This document shows positions 1 through 11,200 of a DNA stretch of 64,000 nucleotides, one piece after another. This stretch comes from Setoptus koraiensis (taxonomy: Eukaryota > Animalia > Arthropoda). Location: positions 16,864,001 to 16,928,000 of the forward strand of contig CM106586.1 in the NCBI GenBank assembly GCA_048013815.1. Reading direction: 5' to 3'. The translations under genes and the position numbers were made by a program. Each line of letters begins with the position of its first letter. Position 1 is the stretch's first letter. The notes beneath the pieces are model-generated. The model saw only the letters and a list, made by a program, of their open reading frames with translations. It was not told where the DNA came from and searched no databases.

Positions 1-622
1 TGAGATGCTGATATTGGCCATTCGAATCATTTGAAGCGTATAAAAAACGAAATATAAAGTGCAAGTTACACAGTAGTGTCAGCAGACAGCCAGAGAGCGC
101 GCCAGAAGTGTGGCGCCGAACAGGTAAATCTAATCCAATTCACTCTCACCTGTCTTGGCAAAGCGCGCAAATTTTACTTATTTTTACTTTATTCTTTCTC
201 GCTCACTTCTTCTGGGCGCTTGAGTGACAGGCTGGCGCTGGCGGTGTTGCTGTTGCTGCTGTTGTTAACTTAGTTGTTGTTGTTGCTGGCGCAGTCACAC
301 AAACATGCTAGTAAAAACACACATCATGCTCGCCAGCCAGTTGCACAACAGTTGCGCGTAACACGTGTAAAAGTTCTAGATTTTATTATTTGTTGGTCTG
401 TCCAAATATATGTGTCTGTTTGTCTGTCTGTCAAACATACAATGAAGTTCAATTACTAAACTCGTACACGCGCACGAGCTGGTAACAAGCGGCCCACTAA
501 AGAAGCCATTTATTTTCAGCCGGCAGCACCGGCGGCGGCTATTCTCGGCTGGTGGCGCCAGTGCATGGAATGATACACTCGAGAGCGCGCGCCATTCTTT
601 GCGCCCCGATGTGTTGATCGAG

Positions 623-700
623 CGCCTCGAACGCCTCGAACGCCTCGAACGCTTCGAACGCTTCGAACGGCGCGACCGCCGCGAACGCACCGAACGCACC
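623..700. repeat. 9-bp tandem array
   Basis: Unit CGC(C/T)TCGAA, degenerating. Confidence 0.8.
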
Positions 701-2168
701 GCCGAGTCGGGCCGACGAAGACCCACTGGGAAAGGGTTGTAGGCGCAAAAATGAACCGGGGTATCGCAACTGTGGCGCGATTGCGATAACAAATCGATCA
801 TAGATTAGATGAGAACGGACAGTCGTGCCAAAACTACGCCGCCGTGTACAGGTACCGCGATTTTGACGGGTGCACGGCGCACGGTGGGCGGAATTGACTC
901 GCAGTCGAAATGAATTGAATGACTGCAAGTTAACTAACTAAAACGCTGTCAAGCGTTGGGCCCTGGGCCCAATAATGGCATTAGCTGGTTGGCTCCATTG
1001 ACAACTATCCTCGAATTGAGTGGCACAAAAAGAAGAAAAAACGCCGAGCGGGCCTCAATCACCCGCTCGGCGGAGCCAGCCGCCACCGCCGCCGCTGCTG
1101 CCACTTCCACTGGGCGCTCCTATAAATATCTGGCGTAGCACTTTGTATATCCTTCCTCTGTGCGCGCGCCTCGTTCGCCTATGGGGCCCGCTTGTGGGGC
1201 CCGGCGTTATTTCAAATATAACCTGGCGCATTAGCGGCCCGTTGGAGAGCTTACACAGGTAAGCCTCTCAATGACAAGTTCCCACACACACGCACACACA
1301 CACACACACACACTCGTTTGCGAGCTAGCGGGCTGGCCGGTTCTTTTTGGGCGCCCATTGAGCGACCGAAAAGAAGCGGAGCGCCGATTTCCAACGAATT
1401 TCGGTCTACTTTTTGTGTGCGTCACCGCGATTCGATGGGTGTCATGTGATTAGTGTCTTGTGTTACAACTATTCCAACAATTTTCGCGGGAATTAAACAC
1501 ACCGGGCCAGCCAGCCAGCCAGCGATTAAGTTGGCTTACGCATCGCTGGCGAGCCGCTTCGTTCGAGCCGCCGACGACCATAGTTAGTTGGCCCGAAAAA
1601 GAGCCAACGAGCCTTTGTGAGCTTTGTGCGCGTTTTTTCATCACATCGCTCGCTCCCCACGTTTGCGCGATAGTTGAAAATCGCGAAATTTTCGGCACAA
1701 AATATAATTGCTAGCTAATAGAAAAGAGCGCCGAGCGAGAAAAATTGCGAGCCTCGCCAGCGTGCCACGAGGCACTCTCCCTGGAGACCTTTTTCGGGCC
1801 CGAGCGGCGCCCGCTTTTTCTGGCCGCTTTTTCCGGCCCGCTTTTTCTGGCTCAGTTTTTCGGGCCCAGTTTTTCGGGCGCACATTTTCGGGCGCACTGT
1901 TTCCAGGCGGGCGCGCAGTTATCCGCACCGGTCAAAACACGGGCGAGTCGCCAATTTCGGCGGGTCGATTTTTCAATCGGGCAATTTGGCCCGGCGCCCA
2001 ATTGAGACTCTCAATTTGAGAGGCTCGACTCCGATCACCGGACTCCGATGAGGCGACTCCACTGACGAGCGCAAGGTCAGCCCGGCGAGGCTGCAGACAC
2101 GCCGCAATTCTCGGCCGTGCCGTTTTCGGCAGAGGCGTTCGTTTCGGAGATCGCATCTGGAAAAAGTG

Positions 2169-2295
2169 CCCGAAATGCGCGAAACGTTCGAAATGCGCGA
2201 AACGCTCGAAATTCGCGAAACGCTCTACATGCCCGACATGCCCGACACGCCCGAGATGCGCGACGTGCCCGAAACGGGCGAAACGCTGGAAATTT
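2169..2295. repeat. Degenerate 9-bp tandem array
   Basis: Units such as CCCGAAATG, CGCGAAACG and CCCGACATG. Confidence 0.75.
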
Positions 2296-4861
2296 GAGCG
2301 GACAATCGCAGAAATTTATCGATTGTCATTTTATCGGGCGGCGTCATTATCGCGCCAGTGTCACTTTGCTCAAAATTGTCGGTCGGGCTCCGTCGAGCGA
2401 AAGTTTCCCGTCGGGCGCGCGCCACTCAGCGCGAGGTCAGCGAGTCTGACGTCCGTCGTTGTGTCGCCCATACTTTTGGCTCGTCTTGCTACTCGTCTCG
2501 AGAAGCTATTGTCTCGTACACTTATCGCGAGACAATGGGCTCTTATTACTCGCCGCGATTGAGTGCGCGCCGGGCCAGGTGATCGGCAATCAGGCGACTG
2601 TTGCGAGTCGCGCGGCCAGCGGCCGAGCAGTTACACAAAGCGGCACTGACAACAAATATTGAAATGGATCGCCGAAATTGCACTCGACGGGCCGGCGCGA
2701 ACGCCGGCCGGAGTCGATTCGGGCCGCAAGGACAATATTTGTCCGAGCTCGAATGCAAACTGTCCGAGCTCGAATGCGAGCCGATTGGTTTCAATGGGCT
2801 CTTGTGTCATTTGTTCGCTCGTTGCGCCTTATTGTTTCCATTGTGTCACACAATTGCGTGCCCTTGATCGGCCGGCTGACCGTTGACTGGCCAACACGAG
2901 CACGGCGAGCCGACTCCGTGTCCACTTCTGGCTCACAAGTTCCGAGGCGAGCGATTGGCCGCCAGCAATCGCTCGCTGCGCCGGCATTAGCATTTGTCGT
3001 TTATGAGCCTCGCGTTCCATCGGAGTGGCTCGGATGGGGCCCCGCTCGTCGTCTGTCGGGCCCCATCCGAGTGTTTGTTTGTGTGTGTGTGTGTGTGCGT
3101 GATTGTGCGTGTGTGGCTCACTGTGGGGATTTTGTGTGCGATCGAGTGGAAGGAAGCAACCCGAAAGAAACAAACGAACAAATAGAAAAACTTCTCTCTG
3201 GCCCTGGCGGCACAATGCCAGCGAGAACTAGAAATTGCCAGTGCGCCAGTTGATTCATTCGGGTCAATCGGATATTTTGATTTTTTTTTTCGCACACAAA
3301 AATGAGCGAGCTGCCAGGCGCGATTGTGCGATTTTTGTCCGACTGGCTTGATGTGTTGTCATCGTTGCGGTGCATACACAATGCGCCCGACCGGCGCCGT
3401 GACGCAAATATCGCAAGATCCGAAGAGGATGCCCCCGTCGAATATCGCCCCAATAGCGGGGCCCCATTAGTTGATATATATATACATATAAATGTGTGTG
3501 TGTGTGTGTTTGTAGTGGGCGAGCCAGCCATCGGTTCGGTGCGGCGGGGGTGGACGGCTGCGTGAGTGTGTGTGTGTTTGCGACCTGCTAGCCGGCGGAA
3601 CAGCCAATCCATTAAGCTAGGTTAGAATGGATACGAATGGATGGCATCTCGTGCGTGTGGCTCGCTTAATTTTGGGCCGATGGGGCCCGGCATATCGGGG
3701 CGCACGGCCGCTTTTACAACTGAATACTTACTGAAACGCCAATTACTACTAGTTCAAGTCAACATAACAGCCGCGGCCGCATCAAGCCAACCATGTCATG
3801 TGTGTGACGTAATGGCTCGACACTAAAGATAGTCAAAGATATAGGCAGTGGCATTGGGCAGGGGGCGCCACAATAAAGCACCGCAGAGACAATAGCGACT
3901 CGCGCCGGGCCCCCTAAGTGATTGTTTGTCGCTGTCTGACCTTTCGCATTGTGTGTTTCTGACCATCGATTCGCCGCCGCCAACTGCCCGCGCCCGCGAG
4001 CTGTCAGATCGTGGGGGGGGGGGGAGCAGGCCGCGTTTGCCAAGACAGGCAAACGCGGGCGACGCATAATTGAATTCGAGCAATATTAATATCAAGAGAG
4101 TGGGGCACAGATTTCGCCCGTCCCTCCGCTGGTCAGCTGTTGGGCCGCTCGAGCGGGGCCCCTCGAATCGCGACAACTCGCCGGTCGCGACAACTCGCCA
4201 GTACTCGTGCGATTCGACACGATCGCCGGGCCGGCCAATCAATTAATTGCTGGCCAGTTATTGCCGATTAATGTCGACCATTGCAAACATGGCGACATTT
4301 GCCGTTGCTGGCTTGCGCTGGCCAGATTATCATGCATTATCATGCATATTAGCGACGGATTAGGCCGGCCCGATCTGACTGTATCATATCGGTGCGTGCC
4401 GCACCGCTCTGTTCCGCATCGGCCCGTGTCGTGTCCGTCTGTAACGGATACGTTTGCGCCGCGTATGAGTGTGTGTGTGTGTGTGTTTGCGATGCAATCG
4501 GCGGGCCCCCGACGGCATATCAAATATCTAATGACATTGACGGACCAACACGCACCGCCCGCATACATTACATGCGATTTGTGTGAGCTTGAGCCCACGC
4601 GGATTACACCCGCTATGATTGATACAACCCGGCCCGTCTGTTTGGATGGGCTACTTACGGCCACTTACAGCCGGGCCCGGCCCGCTACTAGCGGCCCCTC
4701 AAGCGCCCCTTAAATTATTCACGACATTAGAGCTGCAAGATTCAAGGGCCGGCCACTTGAGCAGTTGAGTGGCGCAAGTGCCCCAATAAATTAGTCAGTT
4801 TATTTTGGGAACGCCACTGACATTGGGCGCCGATTTGCACCATTAAACTGGCCCCACAAAT

Positions 4862-4864
<3 letters not shown>

Positions 4865-4911
<47 letters not shown>
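4865..4911. repeat. (CA)n microsatellite
   Basis: Uninterrupted CA run. Confidence 0.95.
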
Positions 4912-4912
<1 letters not shown>

Positions 4913-5627
4913 ATCTATCGATCGGGTTTAATAACAGAAACAATTCATTCTGGCGACACAAACATTCACATTTGAGGGCCCAGGGAGCCCGGCGGACACG
5001 GAGACGTACCTAAATGTGGCCAATCATTAGGGCTTGCCGCTCGGTCAGGCCCGGGAACGCGGCCCGAGCGAGCGGATTTTTTAAGTGGCGCCCCTTGTTG
5101 TTGCAAATTGGCAACAGTGCTCGCGTATATACACTGAGGCGACTATTGACTCGTGTACTTGGCTGGTATGTTGGCGCAAGTTTGCGTGGCGAATTTGTGT
5201 CGTGCGACTTATCGGTGGAAACCCGACAAGTCGCGCGGGTCGCGACAAATAGCTATCAGTTGCGGTGACCAGTTTACACAAGCTCTGGTGGGTTGCCCAG
5301 GAGGTGGGCGTGTGACGAAGCGGGTTGTAGCGGGTTTTTGCGGGACAATGGTACGGTGACTGTGGCAGCCAAAGCTGTCGGAGTGCCCCGAACTCGAAAA
5401 CAAACAATTCCGCCGAGGCAAACAATCATCAAGCTGCCAATCAGCTGGCACATTTAGGCCATGTTTACGTTGCACATTGTCGCATCGTTTTTGTTGCATT
5501 ATTGTTCTTGCGTCATTTGTGACTGATGTAACTATGTAATTATGTCAACTTGTTGTCGTTGTCGCAGTTGAAGTTGTTGTTGTCTTTGTTGTTGTCGTAG
5601 TTGTTGTTGTTTCTGTCGTTGTCGTAG

Positions 5628-5684
<57 letters not shown>
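5628..5684. repeat. (TTG)n microsatellite
   Basis: Perfect TTG run within a longer degenerate tract starting near 5550. Confidence 0.95.
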
Positions 5685-5685
<1 letters not shown>

Positions 5686-5933
5686 CGATGTCGTTGGCTC
5701 ACTTTTCTATTTTAATCCGATTCGCACCATTTCGAATCAATCGGACTGTCGAGTCGCTGCATCCAATTGAATTTAATCTCGATCGGATTCGATTCGCGGG
5801 CCCGCCACCGTCACAGTATGCATGTTGTATGCAAACATCAATTACCTGAGCTGGGCACCCGTCGATTGTTTCACCGGCACACACACACACAAACAAACGC
5901 CTATTACACCATTGATTGGCACGGTAATTCTCA

Positions 5934-5934
<1 letters not shown>

Positions 5935-5980
<46 letters not shown>
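5935..5980. repeat. (GT)n microsatellite
   Basis: Uninterrupted GT run. Confidence 0.95.
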
Positions 5981-5981
<1 letters not shown>

Positions 5982-8107
5982 CGGCCTAATCAATCCAATT
6001 CTCTAGCCACCACATTATTACCTAACTAACTAGCTCGGCCCAGTACCACAAACGGCCAATAACAGGTGAGCTAACGGCCGCTCTAACAACGGGCAACGCG
6101 ACGTTACGGGCAACGGGCAAAAAACAACAAACGGCAAGCTGACAACGACTCAACAAGATAAGCAGCCTATACACACGCCACTCTGGCTGGCGGCACGGGG
6201 CCCCATTAGTGGTAGTGATATTACCAGCTAGCATGGCTAGTACGCACCATGAGATGAGCCGGGCTCATAATACAGCACGTTTACAGGTGACGGGGGCACC
6301 CGTGTAATGGGGCACCGTCGCGAGGGGCGCTACCCGCGGCTGCCCGTCGCAAGTAGCGGTCGTCTTGACCTAGTTACCTGACGGCGGCACTAGTTTAATC
6401 CTGATTAAATTGGCATGTTGTTTGTCACACGCTCTCGCTCGGCTGGCTGGCTGTGGCAAATCTTTGGCGCTCCATCCGTTGGTCGGTTGTTGTTGTTGCT
6501 GTTGTTGCTGCTGCATGCACTTGATCGCACAACGACAACCGGCCCAGCGCCCACCAACCACCGACAAGCGGCAACCACCGACAAGCGGCAACCACCGGCA
6601 ACAACCATAATAATGATAGCGATGGGGCCCCGCGACAAACGAACAATCAATCGAAGCTGTTGCTACTGGCAACCAGGCCAGCTCTAGAGGCGTCCCCTAA
6701 CGAGCCTCTGCCGAAACAGCCAGCCAGCCAGTAGCATAAATATTAACATTAATATTAATATCAATACGCCAATATAAATATAGCTGCTCGATTAGCATCA
6801 CATGACCGTCTGTCATGAGCAGCAGCAGCAGCATGACGTAACGTTGCTCTTTCGCCACCAATGAGTCACACACACACTAACTGGAATGTATCAAATGATG
6901 CGATTTGCAAGCGGCAACGCCGCGCATAAGGGCGCACGACAGCACCAATTGCATAACGAGAATATTGCGTCATATCTTGCCATATTTGCATGACGCACGA
7001 CAAAGGTTATGGCAACAAACAATGAGCTGCAATTTGCTGCATAGGCCTTTGGCGTTTGGCGACACCAGCGGCGCATAGCGGCCAACTTGCTAGCTGTTGG
7101 TCGTGGCAATTGGCCACTGGCGAGTGTGTCGCCCCCCCCCCCAGCACAGGTGAATCAGTCCGCACGGGTGAATCAGTCCGCACGGGTGAATCGCTGCGCA
7201 CGGGTCATTGACGAGAAGCGCTGTGGCAAGCCAACGGCACAGCGGCGGCGCACGGGTCAGACCAACGGTGTTGCGCGGTGCGCTATGGGACCGCTAACAA
7301 GTTGTAAGTTGGCCAATGATTGCAACTGCGAGCCGGCCGAACAGGGCGCCGTGTTGGCGCGATGCCGGCACAGCTGCCGGTTTGTGCGAGCGTGTGCGGC
7401 CCGCGCCGGCCCCCAATTGCGCACAATCATAATCCGCACGGAGGCCCAATTTCCTGTGGCGCCGCTTAATGGCGTTGCGCGCGTCCCGCGATGACGATAC
7501 TAATTAGAATTGCCGTTCGGCTTGTTGTTGTGCGCCGGCGCCACTCCCCGGGCTGGGCAGTCGCGCCGGCCCGCCGGCCCGCTGGCTGGCTAGCTGGCTC
7601 GATATCTGGCTAGCTCGCGTGTGCACGTACCGAGCCAACAGAATCAGTTATGCCGCCGGTGCGGGCCGCCCAGACAGTCGGACAGTGCGATCGTGCCGTC
7701 GGACTTTGTCGCGGAGCACGCACAAATTGTCACGAGCTGTGTGTCGGCCGCTTGCGCGTGCTGTCCCGAGCGCGTGTTGCCCGTGGCGCGCCGCTCGTGC
7801 CGCTGGTGCACCGACGAGCTGGCACGGGCACAAGTGGGCCGAGCGCGGCTGGCCAGCGAAAGCGCAACGGCGCCCCCCCCCCCCAAGCCGGCGTGTGTTT
7901 AGTTACGAAACAGTTACGCATATATTTATCCGCGTATGTGTGTATATATCCATATATACACTTGCGCGATCCACATTTACGCTTACGCAATCCGCATGTA
8001 CACTTACGCAATCCATATATACACTTATGTAACACATATACATAAGTGTATGTGCACGGACAAGTGCAGCGGCGTGACATTTATCGAGCGCACAATGTTT
8101 CCGAGGC

Positions 8108-8206
8108 GCCCGGCCGGCCGAGCGGCCCGAGCGGCCCGAGCGGCCAAAAGCCCGAGCGGCCAAAGGCCCGAGCGGCCAAGAGCCCGAGCGGCCAAAGGCC
8201 CGAGCA
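8108..8206. repeat. 9/18-bp tandem array
   Basis: CCGAGCGGC repeats and CCGAGCGGCCAAAGGC variants. Confidence 0.75.
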
Positions 8207-11200
8207 GGGCCGTAATTGGGCGCCTCTGGCGAGCCCGCTCGCAACTGTTTGCTGCTCGAGTTATAATTTTCATAACTTGTATCGTGCGAGTGCGTGCGTG
8301 TGCGCGTGTCGGCCCGACAATTTGCCCGCCGATCTGTGTTTGCCTGTCACCGTCGCTGGCGACGGCGTGAACGGTTGCCCGAAACGGTCAGCGCCGGACA
8401 GCGCCGGACAGCGCCGGACAGCGCCGGACGGCGGCGCCAGCGGGCGGCGGGCCGGCCCGGCGGACGGCCAGTGAACAGCAAATTGAAGTTAAGTGAAATC
8501 TTCTTACATGCCACTTGTTTGCCTCCATTGTTTGCCTTGTCTGGCGTGTTGCTGCAGTCGCCCCGTTGGCCACTTTCTGTTACGTGCGGCCTCTATATTG
8601 AAATTAATTCCAAACTGGCGCGGCCGTGTCATCGCCGTTGTCGCTGTCGTCGTCGTTGTTGTCGCCGCCGTCGCTGTCGTAATTGCCAGTCGCCGGCTAT
8701 TTGCCAACATGCCGGCCGCATTGTGTTTTGTATTTATTGGGCCATTGCGGGCCCCGCGCTCGCCCGTGCCACTCACACGGTCGCTCGTGTGACATGTCGG
8801 CGCAACATTATGACAACATTATTATCAACAGATCATACCAGCGTCAACCAGCAAGAGTAAACACACACACACACACACACACACACAATCTAACAACAAT
8901 GACGCCACCCAATGATAAACTCATTACCTGGCCCCCATCGGCCCCCGCCGGCCGAGAACAAATGGGCCCGCAATTGGGCCCATTTATTCTCGGGAGTGCG
9001 GCCGGGCACGGCCGAGAACGTGTCGTTGGCCAAAAACAAGACGCTCGCACGTAGCGGAACGGGCGAACGCCGCCGCCGCCGCGGCGGCGGCGGTTGCCCG
9101 ACGTTTTGCCGGACGGTGCGCTCCTTGCGGGGCACCGGCGTCCGCGCGAACCGGCCCGACGCGTCGTGTGTGTGCGTGCCATGATTTATGGGACGCGCCA
9201 GTGACCGCACAAGCTCGCCATTTAGCCAGTTTGCCAGTTTGCCAGTTTGCCAGTTTGCCATTTCGCCATTTTGTCATTTTGTCGCTCCGACATTCCGCCA
9301 TCGTTCTCTGTTCGGCGTCCAGTTCGCCGTTCGGAGCTTGCCGTTCGGAGCTTGCCGTTCGGAGTTTTCCATTCAGAGTTTGCCGAGCCCGAGAAAAACA
9401 TTGCAAAACGCAGGTGAGTGTGAACAGTGTCGCCAACGGTCGACAAACAACCCCTGGTTTGTGTGCACCGCATCGCGCAGTTGTTTGCTCGCACACACAC
9501 GCACACACACACACACACACACACACGCACTGTCGCCTGCACCGGGTGCAGCGCGGTGCGCTGCTGGCTGGCTGGCTCGCCAGAATGAGCTTGCCAAAAT
9601 GAGCTTGCCAGACTCTGGCGGCCAGAGTGAGAGCGTCGGTGATGCAGCATCAATTTGAAAAGTGCCAGCCCGATCATTGGGCCGGCCAGCCGGGCCGGCC
9701 CAATGATGGATGATGGCGCCAAAAAGAAGGGGCGCCAAAAGAGAGACGACACGCTTGGAGAAAATCATTAATTATTGATTACATTCAGCACTTGGGCCGC
9801 TTGCACGGGCCCCACTGTGCCAGCGCCAGCAACTCGCACAAAAGTCGCCAGCAAAAAGTCACCCCCCCCCCCCACCCAGCAATGCACTGCCAATGCCTAA
9901 CTTGCGGTGTGTATTACCTAGCACTGTTGGGCTAGCGCACAGTGTTGCGCAAGGCACCAACGGGGGCGCCCGAAATTAATACTCCGCTCCATACTTTGGG
10001 GCGCACTTTGGCACACTTTCAGGGAAACTTTCGCGGCGATTTCGGGGCGCTTTCGGGGACTCTGCTGGGGACACTTCGGGGATGCTCGCACACACACACT
10101 TGGCCACATATCTCGCCCTCTACCTGCGCGCGGCCTCGCGTTGGCCAGCCGTGCACGGACGCATATGTGTGCCTCGATCACTTTTTATCCAGCTTATGAG
10201 ACCGGCTCCGATGCTGGGCCCCATTGAGGCGCCGGCGTGCGCGCCGGGCCCCATGGCGTATCATATATTATGGCGTTATATCCGTTTTGCTGACACCTGA
10301 CATTATTGTTGTTGGCATCGGCAGTGGCGGCAGCATCGGCGGCTCGGCAGTGGCGGCGGCGCCCCAACGGCAGTGCGTTTGTTGCTCGTAGCGCGTTGTT
10401 GTGGTTGCTGTTGGCGTGGTTGTTGTTGGCGGTGTGGCTGTTGGCGCTGTTGTTGCGGCCGTGGTTGCCGGTGCGGTGTAGGTGTGCGTGTGCGTGTTAG
10501 CATTAGCGCCAATGTCGGTGTCGGTGTTGGTGTCGGCGTGAAAGCGACCGCGAGTGATATAATCAGAAATCCCATGAATAGCGGCCTCGGTTGAGAGCGA
10601 CCCGAGGCAGCGCGTCGACAGATAAAGTAGATAGAGTGGAAACTCTTGTGTGGGCCCACAATACAGTCACATTATGATGAGTGAGATAGATGGACCAGAT
10701 AGACGGAGTGCAAATGAATGATGCAATAGATTCGGCGAGGGGGTGGATACGGCGCCCACAATAAATACAATGCTGTTGTTGTTGTTGTTGTCGTCGCTTC
10801 GAAATGATATTGCGTTGCGCGTGCCGCCACAACGTCGTCGATGATTCCAAATGGCGCCCAGCAGCACCACCGAATTGCACCGAACGGCACCCAATGACAA
10901 CTGCACATATACATAAATACCCCGTATATCCGTATATCCGTATATCTGACTGTACAGGTATAATAATCATGGCGTTTTTTGTCGCGCTGCCTCGCCAATG
11001 ACTTTATTACGAGCGCCATTGTCAGCGTCACGCCGAGCCCATCATCAAACCGAAATGTATTATGATTGATTGGTAATGTAGTGCGCCGGACGACACGGAA
11101 TAATAATTTATACGCCAATACAGGGTGTCCAATGAGAAATATTGCATGGTCGGCAAGGGGCTCTTTGTTTACTGCCGGCCGGGCGGCCCGAACGCGTACA

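Noticed and set aside
6882-6890. miR-1 (TGGAATGTA)
   Set aside because: Only 9 nt match and there is no complementary arm nearby.
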